From Podarcis pityusensis (taxonomy: Eukaryota): a DNA stretch of 64,000 nt. The stretch lies in the NCBI GenBank assembly GCA_964106645.2, contig OZ067046.1. One strand, given 5' to 3'. The position numbers and the translations under genes are program-made. The notes below the pieces were generated by a model. That model saw only the letters and a program-made list of their open reading frames with translations. It did not search any database and had not been told where the DNA came from. Positions 23,586 to 35,530 of the stretch are shown here, one piece after another; the first letter of the stretch is position 1, and the number at the start of each line of letters is the position of its first letter.

Positions 23586-25464
23586 TGCCTGTAATAATGC
23601 ATTCAAAGATGCCCTCTTGACACTCCAATCTATGCACTAAATCTGTACAAAGAAGGGGCACCATTCTAAGTAATACAGCCTTGTGTTTTATGCTTAAAAC
23701 AATGAGAAAAAACAAAAATGCTTCTCATTACTGTTTTAAAAGAAGATAATAGTTGTTGTGGGTGTATTTGTGCTACCCAGCTTTTATTACCCTGCAGGAT
23801 TATTTTTGTTGGCCCTAAAACATTTATGATTTAATCATTTGTCGTAAGTTATGATTCATAGAGGCACACTGCTTTCCTAGCATTTGGCTCCTGATTTTAG
23901 AAAAGTGATTCAAATAATTCTTGTGAAAATAAATGGACTGGGTCCAAACTATTTCAGCTAAGAGCAACCCCACATATATCCATCTCCCCAATGTAAATAA
24001 TGTCCTGTGTGTAGAACAATAGTGCACTAGGAAGGAGAAGGAAAAGCAGGAACCCTTCTGCCTGATGAGTGCTCACTTTCATGTGCATGCTGCCCCCTCC
24101 CCCCGTATTCTGAAGTTGTATAGTCCAGGGAAGACTGTATCACGTGATTTCCTAATGTGTTTTTTGGCGTCGCGGTGAGTGTTTTAGCAGAGCAGGAATG
24201 GGCTCATAATCTGTCAGTTCTTCATGCCAAGCAATTTCTCTGCCTAATGGTCAGTTCCTTGGCATACAATAAAAATCTTGCGGATGAGTGTATATGCCAA
24301 ATGTTTACTTATTAGTGCAGCTGCTCAGCTCTGTCTCCTTTAAATGCAGAACTCCCTAGCAGTGCACCTCATTGCTATTTCTTCCTGGAAAAGAGCAAGC
24401 AAGCAAGCAAGCAAAGCACAGCCGAGTAAGCAGGCAGTGCAACACTGACTCAAATGAGCCATCCATCCAATGAGAATCAAAAGCAAACCATAGTCTATAC
24501 TAGTGGCTCCCAATCGGTGCTCTAGCGGGTCCATGGCACATATCCATCAACTGTCCAGGACATCCCTTTTTTGGGGACATCCAAATACATGATGCCCAAC
24601 CACCCCCAGCCTTGCACCAACCACTTCCCAGCTGCTCACTGACTGGCAGGCACTACTGCCTATGCTGCAGTTCCTGCAGCTCCATGAGTCTGATATCATC
24701 CACCATGGAGAGACCCAGCTGCTTGCCAATGAGGTTGCGGCTCATCCTGGTTCCTCAGTGCCTGAAGTCCAGGCATCTCATGGTGGGGAAGGGCAGGAGC
24801 CTGGTGTCTGGATTGTGGCCCCTGGATCTGGGGAAGCGCTGCTCAGCTCAGTCACCTTCAGCCAGATGGGGGCTACCATCTCCTGCCGCAGCTGTGGCCC
24901 CTTCTGCAGTGGCCTTGAGGCCACCTGGGAAAGGTGAGTGTTTGGGTCAGTCCCAGGAGGGACCTTACACTCTGGCACTTACTCTGGCCTTGCATTCGTG
25001 ACAGCTGAGGTCAAAATCAAGATATATAATTCATATATGGAAATGACAGTTCTATGCTGTGGTTGCATAGTATTACAGACATTCATCCTTCTCTGCTGCA
25101 GCAGTTTACTACCATATAAATAGATATGGGTCTGTGTTAAATTTAAATACAGCTCTATACTGTATTTACATTGATATTGTAATTGCCTACCATAAAAGAG
25201 AAACATAGGAAATAGACTTAATTTTGTTAAAAATAAATTAATGATCTATCATTTTTTCCTTGTGTTACTGCTGCAAATTATATTTGAATGGGTTATTTTA
25301 TCTGCCAATGAAATCTGAAGTATGTGAGTTTTGAATGTTGAATGGTGGCAGATAAGTGCCTTATATGTTAAAGAATAGCCAAATCAAATGAGGGGATTAA
25401 TGTCAACAGAATTTTGAAAAATAGGAAACTGGTATTTACTTGCCTCTTTTACGGGATATGTGTA

Positions 25465-26522
25465 CAGTGGTACCCCGCAAGACGAACGCCTCGCAAGATG
25501 GAAAACCCACTAGACGAAAGGGTTTTCCGTTTTGGAGGCGCTTCGCAAAACGAATTTCCCTATGGGCTTGCTTCGCAAGACGACAGCCCATAGGGAAATC
25601 TCAGGGACAGCGGGGAAGCGCAGCGCGTCTTCCCCACTGTCCTCGGACCTCCTCCGAAGCCTGGCGGCTGGGCGGGGACACCTCCTCCCGCCGCCGCCGG
25701 GCTTCGGAAGGCTCCTCCGAAGCCAGGCGGGGGGGGGAGGGAAGACCTGCCCCCGCCGCCCGGCTTCGGAACGGTGCTCCGAAGCCGGGCGGGGGGGAGG
25801 GAAGACCTGCCCCCGCCGCCCGGCTTCGGAACGGTGCTCCGAAGCCGGGCGGTGGGGAGGGAAGACCTCCCCCCGCCGCCCGGCTTCGGAACGGTGCTCC
25901 GAAGCCGGGCGGGGGGAGGGAACACCTGCCGCCGCCGCCCGGCTTCGGAACGGTGCTCCGAAGCCGGGCGGGGGGGGGAGGGAACACCTTCTGAAGGCGG
26001 GCGGGGGGCGAAAGTCTTTGCTCCCCCCTGCCTGCCTGTCCCGGAGGGCTTTTGAAGGCAGGGGGGGGGAGCAAAGACTTTCGCCCCCCGCCCGCCTTCA
26101 GAAGAGGTCCAGGACCTCTTCTGAAGGCTGGCGGGGGGCGAAAGTCTTTGTCCCCCCTGCCTGCCTTCCCAGGGGCTTTTAAATCGCCCCGGACAGCGGA
26201 GAAGTCCTCCGCTGTCCCGGGGCGATTTTAAAATGCCGCCCGCCAGCATTTTAAGATCGCCCGGACAGCGGAGAAGTCCTCCGCTGTCCCGGGGTTTTTT
26301 AAAATGCTGGGGGTGGGAAGAAAAGCCCTTGCCCCCCCCCCAGCCTTCAGAAGAGGTCCGGGGACAGACTGTCCCCGGACCTGGTCTGAAGGCGGTTTCC
26401 CTAGGAACGCATTAATTGATTTTCAATGCATTCCTATGGGAAACCGTGCATCGCAAGACGAAAAACTCGCAAGACGAAGAGACTTGCGGAACGAATTAAT
26501 TTCGTCTTGCGAGGCACCACTG
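25465..26522. mobile_element. Tigger/pogo-like MITE family B (long form, 1058 bp) carrying a GC-rich palindromic tandem array
   Basis: Same TIRs/subterminal sequence as 4594..4948, TA TSD. Confidence 0.9.
25680..25985. repeat. ~59-60-bp tandem repeat (~5 units), each containing a 14-bp inverted repeat CGCCCGGCTTCGGA-N7-TCCGAAGCCGGGCG
   Basis: Lines starting 25741, 25801 and 25861 are near-identical. Confidence 0.92.
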
Positions 26523-26639
26523 TATATAGTTCCCTGCCTATTTTTTTATTACCCAGTAAAATTATTTCTAACTCATACTGACTCTTATACACAGTTCAAT
26601 AAGTGATGAGTCACCATTAATAAAATATATATACAGGAA

Positions 26640-29137
26640 CTACTTTATTACTAGAATTTGGTAAGCTTTTTAAGGAATGGAGTAAGACCAGGATTCTTGT
26701 ACAATATACTGTGCTGGTAAAGATGGGGACACAGAAGATGCATCTTGTTCAAAGGTAAGCTAGAGCAGCTTCAGGGGGGTGACTATCACATTAGGATCAC
26801 AATGCATTTTATGCAAGCAGAGAGATTTTGGGACTAGTTTCAGAAGGCAAACACAAAAATTTGGCCTGGCACACCTATTTCAACCACGGAAAAAGCAATG
26901 TCCAAAGGCATCTTTACCCAATCCCACTGATCCATTCAAGCCCACAGGAGGGGTACTGGTGAAAACAGCGTCTTAGGAGACATGTAACTTTGGCAGGACT
27001 GATACAAGGAAACAGAACAAAATAAGTAACTGCTGGAACTACAAAATATGTGCACTTGTTTAGAATATTTATTGAGGTTAGACTGTAATGGAAAAAAACT
27101 CCATGTAGTCTGGCTTGTACACATTTTAAAGGGAGAGACAGAGAAAGGAAGGATTCTAGTAGAAGCATTTAATGCATTTATCTTGCATGTAGTTTAATCC
27201 CTGTAACAGTGATGTAAAATTATACATTTTGGAAAGAGAAAAGCCAGAATTTCTATACTATGGCCTTGGATGTGGAAAGCATACATTTGTTTAGTTTCCA
27301 AACTTCATTAAATATTCTTTTTCCATGTTCTTCCTGCAAATTGCTCCTTAAATCTGTCGGTGTTGACTCAATTTTTCTGTCTTCTGTTTAATTCATACTT
27401 TTTGTAAATGCAGCACTACACTGTTTCAAATTATGGGTGTGATCCAGCACAAATTTATATATCCTATATTCCCATTGATTTTAATTAACTGGATACAAAG
27501 TTCATGAGTGAAATATCTATTTTACTGAAATTCTTAACTTACTCCCATTGACCTTAATGAAGCCAAAAGTACCACCATGTAATGTTAGAAAATTAGGGCT
27601 GGGTCCTACATTTATCTTGCCCAGGATTCTCTATGCACAATGCTGTAGATACACCTCTCCTTTTGCCCCACCTTGCTAGGTATATAAAATCATTTGTGAT
27701 CCAGCAATCCCTCAAAACTGGGCAGCAAGGTGTATGATTCTTGTGCACAAGCCCCTGAACTGCGTATCTGCACCTAACATCACATACCGGTAAGTGAAGA
27801 AGTAACGCCTAGCCTTCTATCATGTGTAGAGGTTCTGCCAAGTGAGTCTGTGAACTAGTCAGCAGAGCACATATGATAAGAAAATTGCACTGTATCCATT
27901 CATTATCTTCTAAAAACCCCCTACTGCTATAGAACATTTATTTTAAAAAGCAGTCTTGAAAGCTGCAGCTTACTGCTTGCAGTTTTCACATGATTTCTTA
28001 CTTAGTGACCTTTTAATTGACATATCCATATAAAATCATGGCACATTATCATTATAAGATTCTGTGACAGGCTATGACTAAACATTAATGCAGGCATTCC
28101 ATTTGTTTTGCAACTACCAAAACTGGAAGCAAACTAGCACAAAATTTAAGGTCTGTTTTTAGTGTTGCATGCTAGTTAACTCCAGAGGACAATGCATCTA
28201 TCTACTAAGTCATGCACTACATGACTAAAGTATTTTCAGCTAACTAAAGAAAGTGCAAAGGAAACACTTGGGCTTGGAACCAAGGATGCCCAAGTGCAAG
28301 CAGAAGTTGCTTTTGCTCATGCAAGGAGATGTTCCTGATTTCCAAGGATTCCTCTTTCCAGTAGCAGCCCCCTGAGGTTCCAGAGGGTCTCTGACTATCA
28401 GGAGCTGCTTCTGTAGGGAAACGGGTCTATAATGAGGAAGAGCCAAGGAACCCTCATTTTGCAAGTGGAATTATGTTCTGTTGTCAGGATCCAAGGATTG
28501 TGTATTAAGATAGCACAGACTAAGTAGGCTAGGAAACACATTTCCTGTTGCAGTGCTATCCATAATTATATAATCTGAAGTCAGCACATTCTGATTAACC
28601 TATTGAGTAAAGCATAAACAATAAAACTACTATCCTTGAACCACTTGAAATTTGATTTAGTCCAACAGAATGTAATGAGAAACACCAGGATTAAAACTAA
28701 AATACTCCAATTTAAGTGGCTTGTGTACCACTGTACCATAATGTTTCCATGTTTAAACTATTTTAACTTTCACATTAATCTATACTATAAGAGCTTGTTT
28801 AGCATGATGTTTCAAAGTGGTCTGAATGCAGCTTTATAGCTTTGAGCTACAAAATTTTCTTCTGCTTCGGAATAAATCTCATTTTACATTTCCTATTTGC
28901 TTTCCACATGTTCCTATTATAAAATCATATGAAAACATTTTTTCCCTCCATAGTCATAATTATAGGCACATTTAACAGCCTAACAAACATATTAAGAAAA
29001 TGGAATGGCATATGAAAACAAAATAAATACAACAGATGTTTTTTAAAAATACATTCCTAAAACAATTCACATTTTGTTATTATATTTAAAGTGGAACAAT
29101 CCTCTCCAACTCAGGACACTAGATGTATTTGTCCCAC
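26640..29137 (-). other. MICU3: Candidate non-coding terminal (3'UTR) exon of MICU3; 3' end uncertain
   Basis: Strong acceptor CCCTTCTCCTTCTCCAG|G at 29138; AT-rich and repeat-poor downstream; AATAAA candidates near 27070 and 26647. Confidence 0.45.
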
Positions 29138-31576
29138 CTGGAGAAGGAGAAGGGTGCTATACGTGCAGTTTCTGTTACTGATCCAACACTTGGGGCTCTG
29201 CATCTGGAGCTGTTGCAGAAATAACTCAGCTGTTTTTAGGACTAGATCGTGTCCTTCCATGCTAAACAGCTGATCAGCAGGATTTTAATTTCTTCGAAAG
29301 GGCTCCACAAGATCAGGAATGGTTTCCCCATGCATACTTTTTTAAAAGAAATGATTTGTACACTTTCCCCCCATTAGGATGGATCCAAAGCAACTCACAA
29401 AGATAAAACCAGATAATACTAAATCATAATATTGTTGCCATAGGGTTTGGTTGTAAGTGTTCTGTAAATATAACCCTTTTTAAGACTGCAATCCTGTGCA
29501 CACTTACCTGGCAGTAAGTCCCACTGACTTATTTCTCAGTACATGTTTAAGTCTTCTCTGCAGATGACTAATTAGAAAATAAAATCTAACTGTTAAATAA
29601 AATCCTTACGAAGATTCACTTGAATCCCTGTAAGAAGAAATATTCAGAGGATGACTCTCACTCCACAGACACTCACACCTAATGAAGTGAATGAAAATTA
29701 TACAGCAGGGCACTTTAGGGATCACAGTCCAAGATGATAAGATATAGCTACAGCTGGAAGATGTTTGGCTTAAATGCCAACTTCATGATTTCTGCATTCA
29801 GTTTGCAAGGCATGCCCAAGAAGAAAAAGAAAAACCATCAGCGGTGAACAAAGTGGAAGTGTCTTGCCATCCATCACAGCATATCTCTATTCCGAAATTG
29901 CTTCCAACGCTGCCTAATGTGTTTGCTTGTTACAGTCATCACACAAACATAGTAGTCCTTCAACCCATATTTCGGTTTTTTCTGTTAATGAAAACAAACA
30001 TAATTACAGCTACATTAAAGGAGGTCTGTATATAAAATACAAAACAAAACAATAAATTCTAAATAGCTTACAAGAGCTAGGTGTTTTGGCTATGTCCCTT
30101 ACCATGCAACATTAAAACAAAACTAAGAAAACCTGGCAGTGCCTCTGTTAACAGCTAAGGTAAAGGACAATATCTTTGTTTAACCCTATTCAAAATAATA
30201 ATCTGTTTTATAAAAACAGGATTTTTTAAAAAAGTCCTGATACCTTAATTTTTTTAAAAAATAAATGTTTAAATATTAACACACAAAGCAGAAAATAAAA
30301 TTCTTAACTCTTGTAGAATTAATGTAGGTTCGAGCCAGATAAAGTGTAGATTCTTGAGCAAAAACTCTAAATCTCTAACCATTGAAAAATGCAGGCTTGA
30401 AGCTAGCCACTTGACCATGGGAAATAAAAATCCTTCATAAGCAAATAGCTTGCAAGAGAAGAGTGCTGAATCTGCTGTGTGACTTGTGAGCAGGCAGCAT
30501 TTTAATTACACATATCCTCCATTTCCTGGTTCCATTACACTTAGCCAAGGCAAAGAAAACTATACTTCTTGTGTGAATTCTATTTTACAGAATTTGAGGA
30601 CAAGCATGAATATAGCAATCTGTGACCCTGCACAACAATTATGCATATCTTATAAATAAAATGAAGGGCAATCTCAGAAGCATTATGGTGTTCAGGATGG
30701 CAACCCATTAAATCCTCTTACATACTGGACATGAAGGTTATATTAATTAACAACATACATATTCTTCTGGGAAAATCAAAATACTAAAATTTCTATCTAA
30801 TTTGAAGTGTATGATGAACACTTAAACATTTCTAGAATAAAACAGCACATCTCTTTTGTGCATAAGTGGCAACAACAGAACATAAGAATTCTGCTGGTTC
30901 AGACTAACCTCTATCTATTCTAGCATTCCAGCCACACTGGACAACCAGAGGAAGCCCACAGAAAGTTCATAAGCAAGACATTAGAACAAAAGCACTCTCC
31001 TTTGTGCTCCTCAGCAACTGGTATTTAGAGGCATACTGCCACTAGAATATATAGATATCATGAAGCCACTGGCAGCCTTATTCTCCATGAATGAGTTGAT
31101 CACCTTTTAAAGATGTCCAATTTGGTGGCAGTGAATGGCATACTTTAACTATGTACTATGTGCAGAAGTACTTCGTTTTGGTCTGCCTGGTATCTCCAAC
31201 CATTCAGCATTATTGGAAGATCCAGTGTTCTTGTATTATGGGAGAAGGAGAAAAAAATCTATTGATTTTCTCCATACCATACATTTTACCTATCTCAATA
31301 ATGTCCCTGGTTCTTCACAGGGCAGATGCTCCAGGCCCCTAATCATTTTAAGGTGCTCTTTCCTGGAAAATGATCAAGGAGCTGGAGCAACTCCCTTTAT
31401 AGAAAAATGAAATGTTTTCTAAATGGGGGAACGGGGCAGAATGATCCTGAAATATCTAACGGTTGCTTATACATTTTTTACTATCAAATGTATGACACGT
31501 GTTTATATGAAGTATAGGTCTCATTGTGCTGTTGTGGGAAACACTGTCTTGGAGCTTAACACGGCTCCATATATGC

Positions 31577-31788
31577 CAGAGGTCACCAATGTGGTGCCCG
31601 TGGGCACACATAGTCCCATAGAGGCCTTCCCTGGTACCTCCCCCTCTCTGCATGCTGAAAATTGTGCTGAAAGGAGGAGTTTGTGGTAGCCAACAGCATA
31701 GGTTGCAGTGCCTGTTTGGTATGGTGCCCACAACAATTTCTCCAATTTTCAAATGTGCCCATGGACCCAGAAAGGTTGGCAACTCCTG
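31577..31788. mobile_element. hAT MITE
   Basis: Perfect 8-bp TSD ATATATGC (31569, 31789); imperfect TIR CAGAGGTCACCAA / CAGGAGTTGCCAA. Confidence 0.85.
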
Positions 31789-32085
31789 ATATATGCTAAC
31801 AAAAATCGGTAATACAGGAGTCCTGGGTCATAAGCCTCCAGACTTAAGCCAAAAGACTTGGACATAGATATTCCTAGAACAAACAAGTTTATGCACAAGT
31901 TCCCCGAGGAAAATGGAGAAGAAATTGAAATTTTGATTCTGAATGAACTGAACAAAATTATACAGAGTTCACTTTCTGATCAGTTATTTTGATTCTCAGT
32001 TGTCAAATGAAAGGTCAGCTAAGTACAGTGATAAATCTTTAACCAACAGTTTTAGAAACACAGTGCATCATAGACATACCATAGT

Positions 32086-32154
32086 TTATCTGCTATTGAG
32101 TTCCTTCTTCACACAGGATTTGAAAGTGGTGTATTTTTGCAGGGTTTTGTAGCC
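32086..32154 (-). CDS. MICU3: MICU3 last coding exon 14 (GYKTLQKYTTFKSCVKKELNSR*), followed 6 nt after the stop by a GTATGT donor (exon ends 32080)
   Basis: TCTCAG acceptor; TAA at 32088..32086; conserved C-terminal FKSC.KKE helix. Confidence 0.94.
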   Translation of the reverse strand, partial: GYKTLQKYTTFKSCVKKELNSR

Positions 32155-32783
32155 CTGAGAAGAAGACAAAGAAGTGTGCATGTGCAAGCATCATGTGAAG
32201 GCAGCCAAAGGTGAGCGTTAGGAGAAGATGGCATGAAAATAATAAAGGAATTGTACTTGTTAGTCATAGTGTAGAAAACTCAGCAAAAATAATTTTAGGC
32301 TAAAATATTCATGCACCTGTGATACAATTATGCATGATACCACAATATAGGAATAACTATTAATTTTAAAGATGCTACAATAGAGAGTGTTGTTTCTTAA
32401 AGTTCTTCGTAAAGAAGAGAAAAAATGCATGTTTTAAGCAAAGATTTTGAATCTACATCTTAAATAAGGTATTATGGAAACAGCCTCCATACTCTACTTT
32501 CATACAGCTTGTGTGAAATTACGTACAAACATCACTACATATTTTGGCAATACAGTCACTGTCCACAGGGTGGCAGTTAAACATACCAGATCTCAGAGCA
32601 GAAATTTGTAAAGTTCAGGTTAGAAAACAATTATAAAATCCCTTAATACATTTGCAAAGGAGACATAATATTCAGAATTATGAACAGTGTATATAGGGAA
32701 TGCTAAAAGAAGATTGGCTAACAACACATTTTAACCCAACACTAATAACAAGGACAATCAGCAACTCCACACTACTGTGGTAC

Positions 32784-34499
32784 TTTTTTTTTTTTTTAAA
32801 TAATATTTATTAAAATTTTCAAAAAAAAGAAAATACAGAAAGCAAGAATTTACATATTTTCATATATCCTTATTTTCATATATCCGCTTTCTGGGACTCC
32901 CCCCTTCCCCCACCCCTACCATATTCCTTTTTCATATTGTTGGCTCCACAAGCTCTCAGTTCTAATTGAAAACTTAATTTGTTAAACCATTATTCGAATT
33001 TAAAATTTCTGCACTCCACATCAATACCCTTAATAAAACACAAAAAATGTCTTTCCCAAGGCCCACCCCATTTTCATTCCACAATTTCCCTTTTTTTTAA
33101 TAATAAAAACTCCCCACATAATAAAAGTATCAGAAATAAGAAATAAAGAGTATAATAGATAAGACAAAGCTAGTTCAAAAAAAGAAGTTAACAAGCCTTT
33201 GGATTATAGTTCTCCCCCCCTGTCCCCGGTTTAATTTCCCCCTGACCACCAAACCATGTTATCCGCCTGGGATTCTTACAATCCATAAATCACCTATTTC
33301 CCCCAACTCCTTGCTGGTTTTTTCTTTTCTTTTTTTTTTTTTTTCCCTTTCATAAACATTTTTAGAACACTTAACTTCAGATCTGTAATAAAACTCCCCC
33401 CATTGTTCTTTCCAAATTGTAGTCCAGTTTCCTCTTGTTCCGCTGCTGAAACGTTCTAATTCAGAAGCTTAGTAAGTCTGCAGGGATTATTATTATTCAG
33501 GAACAAAAACTTGCGTTCAGTCCCTTCCTTTCTTCAATAGAAAATTCTATTGTCTCCTTTAGCTGAACACCCTGTAGACAAAATATTGTTTCCGTTTCGC
33601 AGCTTTCCCAGAAGATAACCAGTCCTGTAAAATTCCAATGGTGTTTTTTTCACTTACGACCATCTTTGTAATGTCCCGAAACTCCTCTAGGGGGATTGTT
33701 ATAACTTTGTCTTCTCTAGTCCAAAAGTCCGATTGTTATCCATATTTTCGCCATTTTGTATCCAAGTTTTAACAAATTGTAGCAAATTGTAACAAATTTA
33801 GCCAGCAAAGTTCTCATAATAAAATCCTCTCTACTTTCCGACTTTGACAGCTACTTTGACAGCTGTCAAAATCTCCGACTCTTTTCACCAGGCTCTCTCT
33901 TCAATCACCCCGGTTCCCAGGGGGGGGGGGGGTTACGTTTCTTCTCCCTCCGTTCATCCTCCAGCACAGTTCTTATAATTCCCCATCGTGAAATTCTTAG
34001 TTTTTATCAGCAATACAAATCTTTTTGGACCTTGGTTGCCCCGTCCTTGTCTTGAAAGGTTTACAATAGGGGGGGGGACTGACTTCCTTTTTGGATCCCC
34101 CCCCGCTCGTATCCAATTCAAAAAGAAATTCTTTTTTTCCTCCTTTTAAACCCAGTTTCCAAATTACTCACGGGTTGTTGTCTAAAAGTCCGAATTTTCA
34201 ATAGAAGAAGTCAGCGCTCTCCGCCGGATGGCATGCGGCTGCGCTCGGCAGGGATAGCAGAGGACTCAAAGCACCACGCTTCTCCCCGGCACCCGATCCT
34301 TAGCCTTTAAAAAGGCTCCTTCACGAGTCGGGAGGGCGCTAGCGGTGCCAGCCGAGTCTCCATGTCCACGACCCTCGTGGCCGTGGTTTTTAAGGGTCCC
34401 CGCATCGCCGGTGCGGTAGGACCCAGCCCCTGCCGAGCAGACTCCCTCCGGAGCTCGGAGGGAGTCCGCCATTCGGCGATGGCGCCAACCCGGAAGTCT
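32784..34499 (-). mobile_element. ~1.7-kb full-length non-autonomous L1-type retroelement in MICU3 intron 13
   Basis: TSD CACACTACTGTGGTAC(TTTT) at 32768 and 34500; TT|AAAA target; AATAAA + poly(A); CpG-rich 5' end AGACTTCCGGGTTGGCGCCAT. Confidence 0.85.
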
Positions 34500-35481
34500 C
34501 ACACTACTGTGGTACTTTTAAAAAACAACATTCATAGCACAAGCAATGAAATAAATTTTGTCACCACATTTTGAAGGCAAGGTATTGCATAGTTGGCTTG
34601 CCAATTCAAATTACTAGAGAAGGTGTATAAATTCATTCTTCCTTCTTTAAAGGCCTCATAGATCAGATATGATGTAAGAAATCAAAACTGGGGTTGTATG
34701 AGTATTTCAGCCCACTTGCTTTAATCCTGATTTTGAGTCGCCTTTTGAGCTTGGCAGAGCACAAAATAGCTAGCACCCCACCTCATAAGTTCCCCACGCT
34801 TCCCTGGCAGTTCCCATGTCCTAATGGGGAAAACACACACCCATACATTGGAGAAGGGCATTCTAGTTGGCTGAGGATCATGATATCTGCCACTGAGGCG
34901 AAGCCCTGCTGTGTTCCATGCCCTCCGCCACCTGGTATTCCCTCTTCAAGACATTTTTTTTGTTAGAGAAGGGAGTTTTTTCAACTGTTTGAATAGTCCA
35001 GCCCAATCGTTTATGGGCTGAGCAAGTAGGTAGCGGCTCATTCCTACTTATAATCATTAACCTAAAATATTTATATTGTACATGTATTTCAGGCTTATAA
35101 ATAAATGCAATCTGATTACTGTATTTTTGATAGAAGACTAAGCCTAATTTAAAATGTGAAATTAAATGCATAATTACACAACAGTATTTACAGAATTACT
35201 TAAAAATACATTGTGACAAAATTCATTTCTGCTGACTACTATTTAGTTAATTTATTGTCTCTAGGGGGCAGTCAGGAGTACAGATTAAACTTCTAAAACT
35301 ACAGGCTATCAACAGCTTTTAGACATCAATTTCCCAGTCTATAAATTGGAATGATGAGACTGAACCTTCTAGATGATTAACTGGGGACCTACTTGATCAA
35401 CAGCAAGCTGGATCAGAATGTGTCTGTAGACTTGGCTATAGAAAAAACAAACAAATCCCAGTTCTGTAAATTAAGGGTTAG

Positions 35482-35530
35482 TAAACTAAACTAAACTAAA
35501 CTAAACTAAACTAAACTAAACTAAACCAAA
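35482..35530. repeat. (TAAAC)n pentanucleotide microsatellite
   Basis: Direct reading. Confidence 0.95.

Noticed and set aside
25680-25985. Palindromic regularly spaced repeats resembling a CRISPR array
   Set aside because: No unique spacers, no cas genes, vertebrate context; it is a minisatellite within TIRs.
25440-26249. Overlapping 157-229-aa ORFs on both strands
   Set aside because: Artefacts of a stop-poor GC-rich tandem array inside a MITE; repetitive low-complexity peptides with no domain.
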